From contig JANNLH010000198.1 in NCBI GenBank assembly GCA_031396725.1, forward strand, positions 2,685 to 66,684: DNA of 64,000 nucleotides, read 5' to 3'. The stretch comes from Gemmatimonadaceae bacterium (GTDB lineage: Bacteria > Gemmatimonadota > Gemmatimonadetes > Gemmatimonadales > Gemmatimonadaceae). Positions 23,995-33,139 of the stretch are shown here, one piece after another (within the stretch, counting starts at the first letter, position 1; each line of letters opens with the position of its first letter). A program made the position numbers and the translations under genes. Under the pieces are notes generated by a model. The model had not been told where the DNA came from. It saw only the letters and a program-made list of their open reading frames with translations, and did not search any database.

Positions 23995-25539
23995 ATGCCG
24001 ACCGGGGCCACGGGCGCACGGCTCGTCGCGGCGGGGATCCTGCTCAGTCGCGTCTTCGGGCTGGTCCGGCAGAAGGTCTCGGCGCACTTCCTCGGCACGG
24101 AGCTCGCCGCCGACGCACTCGCCGCGGCGTTCCGCATCCCGAACGTCCTGCAGAACCTCTTCGGGGAGGGGGTGCTCTCCGCCTCCTTCATCCCGGTCTA
24201 CTCACGGCTGCTCGCCGAGGGAAAACGCGAGGAGGCGGGGCGCGTGGCGGGGGCGGTCCTCACGATCCTCGCACTCGCGACCGCGGTGGTCGTCCTGCTC
24301 GGGGTGCTCGCCGCGCCCTGGCTCGTCTGGCTGATCGCCGGCGGGTTCGACGCCGCGACGCAGGCGCTGACCGTGCGACTGGTGCGGATCATCTTCCCCG
24401 GCGTCGGCGTGCTGGTGCTCTCGGCCTGGTGCCTCGGGGTGCTCAACTCGCACCGGCGCTTCTTTCTCTCGTACGCGTCGCCGGTGCTCTGGAACCTGGC
24501 GATCATCGCGGCGCTGCTGCTGGCCGGGCCGTCGCAATCGGGGCAGGACCTCGTGGTCACGGTCGCGTGGGCGAGCGTCGCCGGGAGCGTGCTGCAGTTC
24601 GTCATCCAGCTGCCCGCGGTCTGGCGCCTCGAGCGCGACCTGCGGCTCTCCGACGGGCCGTCGCTCGGCCTCCCGGCCGTGCGCTCGGTGCTCGGCAACT
24701 TCGGCGCGGTGTTCACCGGCCGCGGCGTCGTGCAGATCAGCGGATTCGTGGACGCCTTCATCGCGTCGATGGTCGGTCCCGGAGCGCTCGCGACGCTCGC
24801 GTATTCCCAGGCCATCTCGATGCTGCCGGTCTCGCTCTTCGGCATGTCGGTCTCGGCCGCGGAGCTGCCGGCGATGGCGGGGGAGCGGGGGAGTGCGGCC
24901 GAGGTGGCCGCGGCCGTGCGCGCGCGGCTCGACCGCGGGCTCGGACGCATCGCGTACTTCGTGGTGCCGTCCGCGGCGGCGTTCCTGCTGATCGGCGGCG
25001 TGCTCGCGGCGGGGCTCTACGAGGGCGGACAGTTCACGCGCGAGGACGCGCAGTGGGTCTGGGGGGCGCTGGCCGGCGCCGCGGTCGGGCTCCTCGCGAG
25101 TACGATGGGGCGCCTCTACGCCTCGGCGTCGTATGCACTCGGCGACGCGCGCACGCCGCTCCGGTTCGCGATCGTCCGCGTCGCGCTCGGGGCGGTGCTC
25201 GGCTGGAGCGCTGCGCTCTGGCTCCCGGGTGCGCTCGCGATCGACGCGCGGTGGGGCGTGGCGTTCCTGACGGCGGCATCGGGCGTCGCGGCCTGGGTCG
25301 AGTACGTGCTGCTGCGGCGCGCGCTCTCGTCGCGCGTCGGGACCGGCGGCGTGCCGCCCCGCCGACTCGCGGCGCTCTGGGCGTGCGCGCTCGCCGCCGG
25401 CCTCGCGGGCGTGGCCGCGACGCGGGCGATGACGGGCCGTCCCGCGCTGCTCACGGCGCTGGTCGTCGTGCCCCTGTTCGGCGCGGTGTACCTCGGGGCG
25501 ACGCGGCTCGCGAAGGTGGACGATGCCCGACGCGCCTGA
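23995..25539 (+). CDS. murJ: Lipid II flippase MurJ (MviN)
   Basis: 'LLSRVFGLVR', 'AAFRIPNVLQNLFGEGVLSASFIPV', multiple TM helices, 'ALGDARTP'. Confidence 0.9.
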   Translation: MPTGATGARLVAAGILLSRVFGLVRQKVSAHFLGTELAADALAAAFRIPNVLQNLFGEGVLSASFIPVYSRLLAEGKREEAGRVAGAVLTILALATAVVVLLGVLAAPWLVWLIAGGFDAATQALTVRLVRIIFPGVGVLVLSAWCLGVLNSHRRFFLSYASPVLWNLAIIAALLLAGPSQSGQDLVVTVAWASVAGSVLQFVIQLPAVWRLERDLRLSDGPSLGLPAVRSVLGNFGAVFTGRGVVQISGFVDAFIASMVGPGALATLAYSQAISMLPVSLFGMSVSAAELPAMAGERGSAAEVAAAVRARLDRGLGRIAYFVVPSAAAFLLIGGVLAAGLYEGGQFTREDAQWVWGALAGAAVGLLASTMGRLYASASYALGDARTPLRFAIVRVALGAVLGWSAALWLPGALAIDARWGVAFLTAASGVAAWVEYVLLRRALSSRVGTGGVPPRRLAALWACALAAGLAGVAATRAMTGRPALLTALVVVPLFGAVYLGATRLAKVDDARRA

Positions 25540-27388
25540 TCTCGTCGCACAGAAGCTCGCGCACCTCCCCGACACGCCCGGCGTCTATCTCTGGAAGGCG
25601 GCCGACGGCACGGTGCTCTACGTCGGCAAGGCCAAGCGGCTCCGGCCGCGCGTGCGGAGCTACTTCGCGACGGATCACCCCGAGAGTCCCAAGACGCGCC
25701 TGATGGTCTCGCAGGTCGCGGACCTCGACACGATCGTGGTCCCCACCGAGACGCACGCGCTGATCCTCGAGTCGAACCTGATCAAGGAGCACCGCCCGCG
25801 CTTCAACGTGGTCCTGCGGGACGACAAGTCCTACCCGTACATCAAGGTCACGCTGCAGGAGCCGTTCCCGCGCGTCTTCGTCACGCGGCAGCTGCACGGG
25901 GACGGGGCCCGGTACTTCGGCCCGTACACCGACGTCGCGGCGATGCGACGCGCGCTCGACGTCGTGAAGCGGATCTTCACGGTGCGCTCCTGCCGGTACG
26001 ACATGCCGCGCGAGATGCCCGAGCGGCCCTGCCTCGACTACCACATCGGGCGCTGCAAGGCGCCCTGCGTCTTCCTCCAGACGCAGGCCGACTATCGGGC
26101 GATGATCGACGAGGTCGTCGCGTTCCTCGACGGCCGCACCGACGAGGTGGTGCGGCGCGTGCGCGAGCGGATGGAGCGCGCGTCGGCGGCGATGGAGTTC
26201 GAGCGCGCGGCCGAGCTGCGCGACGCGATCGCGCGGCTCCAGCGGATGGAGGAGCCGACGGTGGTGCTCGAGGTCGAGGGCGGCGACCGCGACGTGATCG
26301 GCTACGCGCGCGACGGTGAGGACGCGGCAGTCACCCTGCTGCGGATCCGCGGGGGCAAGCTGCTCGCGCGCGATCACCGGTTCCTCGACGGCGTCGAAGG
26401 GGAGCGCGATGGCGATGTGCTCTCGATGTACCTCGTGAGCTCGTACCTGAGCGCGCCGGCGCGGGCCCGTGAGCTCCTGCTGCCGTTCGACTTCGAGGAC
26501 CGCGCGCTCTTCGAGGAGGCGTTGGCGGGATCCGCCCAGGTGCGCATCCCGCAGCGCGGCCCCAAGCGCGAGCTGCTCGACCTCGCCGAGCAGAACGCGC
26601 GGCACCTGCTGGAGGAGTTCAAGCTCGCCGGGCAGGAGACCGACGAGCGCGCGGCCGATCCCGTCTACGAGCTGGGGCGCGAGCTGGGGCTCGAGAAGCT
26701 GCCGCGCTCGATCGTCTGCTTCGACAACTCCACCGCGCAGGGGAAGGACAGCGTCGGCTCGATCGTCTGGTTCGAGAATGGCCGTCCGCGGCGCGCCGAG
26801 TACCGGACGATGCGCGTGAAGAGCGTGGACGAGGCCGCGGGCCCGGACGACTTCCAGTCGATGCGCGAGGTGGTCGGGCGCTACTTCCGCCGCCGGCTCG
26901 ACGAGAAGAAGTCGCTGCCCGACCTCGTGGTCGTCGACGGCGGCAAGGGTCAGCTCAGTGCGGCCGGCGAGGCGCTCACCGCGCTCGGGCTGGACTCGCT
27001 GCCGCTCGTGAGTCTTGCCAAGCGGGAGGAGGAGGTCTTCATGCGCGGGCGCCGCGAGCCGCTGCGTCTCGCGCGCCGTTCCCCGGCGCTGCGGCTCCTC
27101 CAACAGGCGCGCGACGAGGCGCATCGCACCGCGGTGGGCTACAACCGCAAGCGCCGCACGATGCGCACCGTGACCAGCGAACTGCTCCGGATCCCCGGCA
27201 TCGGACCGGTGAAGCGCCGCGCGTTGCTCACGATCTTCGGTTCGCTGCAGGGCGTGCGCGAGGCGACGCTCGAACAGATCGCTGCGGTCGAAGGCTTCAG
27301 CCCCGTGAGTGCGCGCAAGGTGCTCGACGCGCTCGGCGTACCGGCGGAGGTCCCGCAGGACCCCTCCGCATCTTCTCCCAACCCCTGA
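25523..27388 (+). CDS. uvrC: Excinuclease ABC subunit C
   Basis: GIY-YIG 'PGVYLW...YVGKAK.LR.RVRSYF', UVR domain, 'DLVVVDGGKGQL', 'RDEAHR', HhH tail. Confidence 0.95.
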   Translation: MPDAPDLVAQKLAHLPDTPGVYLWKAADGTVLYVGKAKRLRPRVRSYFATDHPESPKTRLMVSQVADLDTIVVPTETHALILESNLIKEHRPRFNVVLRDDKSYPYIKVTLQEPFPRVFVTRQLHGDGARYFGPYTDVAAMRRALDVVKRIFTVRSCRYDMPREMPERPCLDYHIGRCKAPCVFLQTQADYRAMIDEVVAFLDGRTDEVVRRVRERMERASAAMEFERAAELRDAIARLQRMEEPTVVLEVEGGDRDVIGYARDGEDAAVTLLRIRGGKLLARDHRFLDGVEGERDGDVLSMYLVSSYLSAPARARELLLPFDFEDRALFEEALAGSAQVRIPQRGPKRELLDLAEQNARHLLEEFKLAGQETDERAADPVYELGRELGLEKLPRSIVCFDNSTAQGKDSVGSIVWFENGRPRRAEYRTMRVKSVDEAAGPDDFQSMREVVGRYFRRRLDEKKSLPDLVVVDGGKGQLSAAGEALTALGLDSLPLVSLAKREEEVFMRGRREPLRLARRSPALRLLQQARDEAHRTAVGYNRKRRTMRTVTSELLRIPGIGPVKRRALLTIFGSLQGVREATLEQIAAVEGFSPVSARKVLDALGVPAEVPQDPSASSPNP

Positions 27389-27399
27389 GATCCGCTCCC

Positions 27400-28539
27400 A
27401 TGTGGTCCCTCCACTGCTCCGTGTGTACGTACGCGCAGGCCGATGGCTCCAAGCTCGCTTCGCTCTGTCCCGATTGCGGCCAGCCGCTGATGGTGCGCTA
27501 CGCCGTGGCCGTGCCGCGAGACCGCGTCACGGCGGAACCAAGCCTCTGGCGCTACGCCGCCGCGCTGCCGCTGCGCCCAGGTGAGACTCGGGTGTCGCTC
27601 GGCGAGGGGATGACCCCGATGCTCGAGCTCCCGCATCTCGCGCGGGAGATCGGCGTGCGGCGCCTCTGGGTGAAGGACGAGGGGATCAACCCGACCGCGA
27701 GCTTCAAGGCGCGCGGCCTGATGATGGCCGTCACGCGCGCCAAGGCGCTCGGGCTGCCGGGAGTCTGCGTGCCGACGGCGGGGAACGCCGGCATCGCGCT
27801 CGCGGCGTACGCGGCCGCGGCCGCGATGCCGTGCCGCATCTACGCGCCGGCGACCACACCGCCACCGATCCTCGGCTCCATCCGGGCCTTCGGAGCAGGG
27901 CTCGAACTCGTCGAGGGGCACATCGGCGACGCGGGCAAGGCGACGATGGCCTTCGCGAAGGAGAGCGGGTTCTTCAACGTCGCCACCGTGCGAGAGCCGT
28001 ACCGCGTGGAGGGGATGAAGACGATGGGATACGAGGTCGCCGAGCAGCTCGGCTGGCGGCTTCCCGACGCGATCGTCTATCCGACAGGGGGCGGGGAAGG
28101 CACGATCGGCATCTGGAAGGCGATCGGCGAGATGCTCGCGTGGGGATGGTTGCCGGCCGCCACGAACCGTCCGCGCATGATCATCGCGCAGGCCGAAGGC
28201 TGCGCGCCGCTCGTGCGCGCCTTCCAGACGGGTGAGGAGAAGGCGACGCCCTGGGTGGACCCGGTGACGCACGCCAGCGGCCTCCGCGTGCCGGGGCCGC
28301 TCGGCGACCGCCTGACGTTGCGCACGCTCAAGGAGAGCGCCGGTGACGCGGAGGCGGTGAGCGAGGAGCGCATCCGTGCCGGGACCCTCCTGCTGGCATC
28401 GAAGAGCGGCATCGACGCCGCGCCCGAGGGGGGCGCCGCGCTCGAGGCCACGCGGCAGCTCGTCGCGACGGGCCGGCTCGCGAAGGGCTCCGAGGTGGTG
28501 GTGTTCAACACCGGCTCCGGCGCCAGCTACCGGTGGTAG
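27400..28539 (+). CDS. thrC: Threonine-synthase-like PLP enzyme with N-terminal zinc ribbon
   Basis: CxxC..CxxC N-terminus, 'SLGEGMTP', 'KDEGINPTASFKARG', 'PTGGGEG'; true substrate unproven. Confidence 0.7.
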   Translation: MWSLHCSVCTYAQADGSKLASLCPDCGQPLMVRYAVAVPRDRVTAEPSLWRYAAALPLRPGETRVSLGEGMTPMLELPHLAREIGVRRLWVKDEGINPTASFKARGLMMAVTRAKALGLPGVCVPTAGNAGIALAAYAAAAAMPCRIYAPATTPPPILGSIRAFGAGLELVEGHIGDAGKATMAFAKESGFFNVATVREPYRVEGMKTMGYEVAEQLGWRLPDAIVYPTGGGEGTIGIWKAIGEMLAWGWLPAATNRPRMIIAQAEGCAPLVRAFQTGEEKATPWVDPVTHASGLRVPGPLGDRLTLRTLKESAGDAEAVSEERIRAGTLLLASKSGIDAAPEGGAALEATRQLVATGRLAKGSEVVVFNTGSGASYRW

Positions 28540-28550
28540 ATTCGACGACG

Positions 28551-29756
28551 ATGCGCATCGCGATCCTCGATCCGTTCTCCGGCATCTCCGGCGACATGTT
28601 CCTCGGCGCGCTGCTCGACGCGGGGCTCGACGAGTCGTTCCTGACGTCGTTGCCGGCGACGCTCGGCATCGAGGGCGTCACGGTGCAGGTGTCGAAGGTC
28701 TCGCGCGGCCAGATCGCCTGCCGCAAGGTGGATTTCGCGATCCCGCCGCAGCCGCACGGCCGGCACTTGAAGCACATCAAGGCGATCGTCGAGGCGACGC
28801 CCGCCCCGGAGTCCGTGAAGGCGAAGGCGATGGCGGCGTTCACGCTGATCACCGAGTGCGAGGCCGCGATCCACGGCACGACGGTCGAACGCGTGCACCT
28901 GCACGAGGTCGGGAGCGTCGACGCGATCCTCGACATCGTCGGGTCGATCTGGGGGCTGGAGCGGCTCGGGGTCGAGCGCGTGTACTGCGGCACGCTGCCG
29001 CTCGGCGACGGGTACGTGGACACCGCGCACGGGCGGATGGCGGTGCCGACCGCGGCCACGCTGCGCCTGCTCGAGGGATTGCCGGTGCGCTCCGGGCCCG
29101 AGGACTCGGGAGAGCTCGTCACGCCGACGGGCGCCGCGCTCGTCCGCGTGCTGAGCGTCGGCTCGCCCCCGGCCGAGTTCGTGCCGCGCGCGAGCGGCTT
29201 CGGGGCGGGGACGAAGGACTTCCCGGACCGGGCGAACGCGCTGCGCATCATCCTGGCCGACGCGGACGAGGGCGCAGTCGCGGGGCCGTCGGCGATGGCG
29301 CACGGTGCGGACGCGGGGCGCGAGCGCCTCGTGCTGCTCGCTGCCGACATCGACGACGCGACCGGCGAGCAGATCGGGGCCGTGGCCGACGCCCTCCGTC
29401 TCTCCGGCGCGCGCGACGTCACGCTGCTCTCGACGATGATGAAGAAGGGACGCCCGGGCACGCGCCTCGAGGTACTCTGCCTCCCGGAGGATGCCGACCG
29501 CTTCGAGCGACTCCTGCTGATCGAGAGCACGACCATCGGCGTGCGTCGCACCGAGGTCACGCGGCGCGCCCTGGCGCGCGAACACCGCGAGGTCGAGATC
29601 TTCGGCCAGACCGTCGGCGTGAAGGTGGTGACGCTGCCGGACGGTTCGCAGCGCGCCAAGCCGGAGTTCGATGACGTGCGGCGGGTGTCATCGGCCACGG
29701 GACTCTCGCTCGCCGAGATCGCGACCGCGGCCTTGGAGCGGATCGGCCTCAAGTAA
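28551..29756 (+). CDS. larC: Nickel pincer cofactor biosynthesis protein LarC
   Basis: 'DPFSGISGDMFLGALLD', 'VHLHEVGSVDAILDI', 'ELVTPTGAAL', 'MKKGRPG', 'TTIGVR', 'KPEFDD'. Confidence 0.9.
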   Translation: MRIAILDPFSGISGDMFLGALLDAGLDESFLTSLPATLGIEGVTVQVSKVSRGQIACRKVDFAIPPQPHGRHLKHIKAIVEATPAPESVKAKAMAAFTLITECEAAIHGTTVERVHLHEVGSVDAILDIVGSIWGLERLGVERVYCGTLPLGDGYVDTAHGRMAVPTAATLRLLEGLPVRSGPEDSGELVTPTGAALVRVLSVGSPPAEFVPRASGFGAGTKDFPDRANALRIILADADEGAVAGPSAMAHGADAGRERLVLLAADIDDATGEQIGAVADALRLSGARDVTLLSTMMKKGRPGTRLEVLCLPEDADRFERLLLIESTTIGVRRTEVTRRALAREHREVEIFGQTVGVKVVTLPDGSQRAKPEFDDVRRVSSATGLSLAEIATAALERIGLK

Positions 29757-29775
29757 CGGAAGTCAATGTGAATCA

Positions 29776-29804
29776 TTGCTTTCCGCGCTCTCGCTTGATA
29801 CATT
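29776..29804 (+). promoter_or_regulatory. Candidate sigma70 promoter upstream of the DUF512-der-plsY-gpsA run
   Basis: TTGCTT (29776-29781), 17-bp spacer, TG-A-TACATT extended -10 (29796-29804) in an AT-rich intergenic patch. Confidence 0.55.
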
Positions 29805-29809
29805 GAGTG

Positions 29810-29833
29810 AGCCGCGGCCCCGCGGCTTTTTTT
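29810..29833 (+). terminator. Intrinsic terminator-like hairpin with T-tract
   Basis: AGCCGCG-GCCC-CGCGGCT followed by TTTTTT. Confidence 0.7.
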
Positions 29834-29870
29834 GCCTCTGTCGCTCAAAATCTCAGCCGCCCCGCAGCCG

Positions 29871-31184
29871 ATGGTCCGCGTCCTCAAAGTCCAGCCTGAC
29901 AGCATCGCCGCCGAGCTCGGGATCGTTCCGGGCACGGAGTTGCTGTCGGTCGACGGGCGAGCGTTGGAGGACTTCCTGGACTGGGAGTTCCTGACGGCGG
30001 ACGATGCCTTCGAACTCGAGGCCAAGCTCCCCGACGGTGAGCATCTCGTCTACGAGATCGAGCGTGACGGCGGCGACCCGATGGGGATCGAGCTCGAGCC
30101 GCCGAACGTGCGGCGCTGCGCCAACCGCTGCGAGTTCTGCTTCATCGAGGGCCTCCCCAAGGGACTCCGGAAGCCGCTCTACATCCGCGACGATGACTAC
30201 CGGCTCTCGTTCGCGTACGGGAACTTCGCGACGCTCTCCAATCTCAAGGAGCGGGACTTCGCGCGGATCCTCGAGTACCGGCTCTCGCCGCTCTACGTCT
30301 CGGTGCACGCGACGCCGTGGGAAGCGCGGAAGAAGCTGCTGAACAATCCGCGCGTGCCCGACATCCTCGCGCAGCTCACGCGGCTGGTCGCGGGCGGCAT
30401 CCAGTTCCACGGCCAGATGGTCGTGGTGCCCGGCCTCAACAGCGACGAGGTGCTGGAGCAGTCGCTGGCCGACCTCTACGCGTTCGGCGACGCCTGTCTC
30501 TCGGTGGCGCTCGTGCCGGTGGGCCTCACGCAGTTCTCGCACATCTACACCGGCCAGTCGATGGACGCGGCGAACGCCGGCCGCATCCTCGACGCGGCCG
30601 AACGCTGGGCCGCGCGGGCCGAACGGGAGCGCGGCGAGCCCTGGGTCTACGGTTCGGACGAGCTCTACCTGCTGGCCGGCCGAGCGCTCCCGGCGGCCGC
30701 GCACTACCGCGACTTCGCACAGATCGAGAACGGCGTCGGTGCCGTGACCTCGCTCCGCGACCGCGTCCGCGAAGGCGTCGCCCGCCTGCCGCGACTCGAC
30801 GGAAAGCGGATCGGTGTCGTCACCGGTTCTGCGATGGCGGCCCTCATGCCCGAACTCCTCGAGCGGCTCACGGCCGCGACGGGTGCCCACTTTGAACTGA
30901 TCCCGACGGTGAACTCCCTCTTCGGTCCCACCGTCACGACGGCGGGACTCCTCGTGGGCGCGGACATCTCGCGCGCACTCGACGGACGCTCCGACCTCGA
31001 TTTCGCGCTGATCCCGGCCGAGACGATCAACGAGGCCGGCATCTTCCTCGACGACTCCACCTTCGTGGCGGTCCGCGAGTCGCTGCCGATGCCCGTGTAT
31101 CCGTCCTACGACTTCATCGATGTGCTCGAGCACGAAGGCAGCGGCGCCGCCGGAGCGCTCGCCGGGAGCGTGGCCAATGGCTGA
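29871..31184 (+). CDS. DUF512 family PDZ + radical-SAM-like Fe-S protein
   Basis: N-terminal PDZ-like segment, CxxxCxxC 'CANRCEFCF', 'DDDYRLSF..GNF.TL.N', 'QIENGVG'. Confidence 0.85.
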   Translation: MVRVLKVQPDSIAAELGIVPGTELLSVDGRALEDFLDWEFLTADDAFELEAKLPDGEHLVYEIERDGGDPMGIELEPPNVRRCANRCEFCFIEGLPKGLRKPLYIRDDDYRLSFAYGNFATLSNLKERDFARILEYRLSPLYVSVHATPWEARKKLLNNPRVPDILAQLTRLVAGGIQFHGQMVVVPGLNSDEVLEQSLADLYAFGDACLSVALVPVGLTQFSHIYTGQSMDAANAGRILDAAERWAARAERERGEPWVYGSDELYLLAGRALPAAAHYRDFAQIENGVGAVTSLRDRVREGVARLPRLDGKRIGVVTGSAMAALMPELLERLTAATGAHFELIPTVNSLFGPTVTTAGLLVGADISRALDGRSDLDFALIPAETINEAGIFLDDSTFVAVRESLPMPVYPSYDFIDVLEHEGSGAAGALAGSVANG

Positions 31185-32499
31185 GATCCCCGTGGTCGCG
31201 ATCGTCGGCCGCCCGAATGTCGGCAAGTCGGCCCTGTTCAACCGGCTCGTCGGCGACGATGCCGCGATCGTCAGCGACGAGGCGGGCACGACGCGCGACC
31301 GCCACTTCTCGATGTGCACCTGGCAGGGACGCGCGTTCTGGCTCGTCGACACCGGCGGCATCATCGAGGACTCCGACCTGCCGATGGACGTCGCGATCCG
31401 GCGCCAGGTGAAGCAGGCGATCGCCGAGGCGGACCTGATGCTGCTCACCGTGGACGCCAAGGCGGGGCTGCATCCGAGCGACGCCAAGCTGGTCGACCTC
31501 GTGCGGCACTCCCGCAAGCCCTGGGTGCTCGTCGCGAACAAGGTGGACGATCCGAAGTCCACCGACTTCTACGAGTTCTTCAATCTCGGCGCCGGCGACC
31601 CGTTCCCCGTCTCCGCCACCAACGGCAAGAACTCGGGCGACCTGCTCGACCTCGTCGTCTCGCGGCTGCCGGACGTCGAGCAGGACGACTCCCCCGACGT
31701 GCTGCGGATCGCCGTCATCGGCCGCCCCAACGTCGGCAAGTCGTCGTTCATCAACCGGCTCCTCGGCGAGGACCGGCTGGTGGTCGACGATGTCGCCGGC
31801 ACGACCCGCGACTCGATCGACACGCCGTTCACCTTCCACGGGCGACCGTTCATCTTCGTGGACACGGCGGGGTTGCGGCGCCAGGCGCGGATCGACGACG
31901 GCGTCGAGTTCTACTCCTCGTTGCGCACGCGGCGCGCGATCGACCGCTCCGACATCTGCATCCTGATGATCGACGCGACCGAGGGCCTGCACAACCAGGA
32001 CCTGAAGATCGCGACGCTCGCCTGGGAGGCGGGGCGGGGGATGATCATCGTCGTCAACAAGTGGGACCTGAAGGAGAAGGACGACAAGACCTCCGCCAAG
32101 TTCGAGAAGGAGTGCATCGAGAAGGCGCCCTACCTGAAGTTCGTGCCCTTCATCTTCACGTCCGCGATCACGGGCCAGCGCGTCACCAAGGTGCTCGACG
32201 TGATCCTCGAGGTGGAGGCCGAGCGACGCAAGCGCATCCCGACCTCTGACGTGAACGAGGCGCTGAGTGAGCTGCTCGCGCGCCGCCAGCCGCCACAGGC
32301 CGCGGGGCGGGAGGTGAAGCTCAACTACGCGACGCAGGTCGAGACCGCCCCGCCGGCGATCGTCGTCTTCGGCAACCATCCGGAGCTCGTGCAGGAGCAC
32401 TACGTGCGCTATCTGCACAACGGCTTCCGCGAGAAATGGGGGTTCCACGGGAACCCGCTGCGCATCCTGATGCGACGCAAGGGCGGACGGAGCGAGTAG
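31177..32499 (+). CDS. der: Ribosome biogenesis GTPase Der (EngA)
   Basis: Two G-domains 'GRPNVGKS', 'DTGG'/'DTAG', 'NKVD'/'NKWD', C-terminal KH-like domain. Confidence 0.95.
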   Translation: MAEIPVVAIVGRPNVGKSALFNRLVGDDAAIVSDEAGTTRDRHFSMCTWQGRAFWLVDTGGIIEDSDLPMDVAIRRQVKQAIAEADLMLLTVDAKAGLHPSDAKLVDLVRHSRKPWVLVANKVDDPKSTDFYEFFNLGAGDPFPVSATNGKNSGDLLDLVVSRLPDVEQDDSPDVLRIAVIGRPNVGKSSFINRLLGEDRLVVDDVAGTTRDSIDTPFTFHGRPFIFVDTAGLRRQARIDDGVEFYSSLRTRRAIDRSDICILMIDATEGLHNQDLKIATLAWEAGRGMIIVVNKWDLKEKDDKTSAKFEKECIEKAPYLKFVPFIFTSAITGQRVTKVLDVILEVEAERRKRIPTSDVNEALSELLARRQPPQAAGREVKLNYATQVETAPPAIVVFGNHPELVQEHYVRYLHNGFREKWGFHGNPLRILMRRKGGRSE

Positions 32500-32500
32500 C

Positions 32501-33139
32501 GTGCATCCGGCCCTGGCCCTCGGCATCGCGTACGCGTCGGGTTCGTTCCCGTCGGCGTACCTGGCGGGTCGCCTGCTGAAGGGCGTGGACCTGCGCACCG
32601 TCGGGTCGGGGAACCTCGGGGCGACGAACGTCTACCGGAATCTCGGGGCACGGGCCGCGGTGGGCGTGCTGCTGCTCGACGCGGCCAAGGGTGCCCTGCC
32701 GGTGGCGCTGCTGCCGGCGCTCGTCTCGTCGCCGTCCGCAGGCGACGACACCACAGGGCTCTGGTGGGGACTCGCCTTCGGCGTGGCCGCCATCCTCGGG
32801 CACGCGAAGCCGATGTGGTTGCTCTGGAGGGGAGGCGGCAAGGGCGTGGCGACCGCCGCCGGAGTCTTCGGCGCGCTGGCGCCGGCCGCGTTCGGCGTTG
32901 CCTTCGCGGGATTCCTGCTGACCGCCTGGCGGACGGGGATCGTCTCGCTGGCGTCGCTGGTGGCGGCGCTGCTCCTGCCATCGGCGTTGGCCGTCACCGC
33001 CGGCGTCCGGTCGCCGCTCTTCGCGGTCGGGCTGGCCGTCGCGATCTTCGTCGTCTGGGCGCATCGCAGCAACATCGGGCGGCTCCGGCAGGGCACGGAG
33101 CCGCGGACCTTCGGGGACAAGGCGCGGGGGAGCGCATGA
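32501..33139 (+). CDS. plsY: Glycerol-3-phosphate acyltransferase
   Basis: 'GSGNLGATNVYR', 'DAAKG', 'GGKGVAT', 'HRSNIGRL..G.E'. Confidence 0.92.
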   Translation: MHPALALGIAYASGSFPSAYLAGRLLKGVDLRTVGSGNLGATNVYRNLGARAAVGVLLLDAAKGALPVALLPALVSSPSAGDDTTGLWWGLAFGVAAILGHAKPMWLLWRGGGKGVATAAGVFGALAPAAFGVAFAGFLLTAWRTGIVSLASLVAALLLPSALAVTAGVRSPLFAVGLAVAIFVVWAHRSNIGRLRQGTEPRTFGDKARGSA

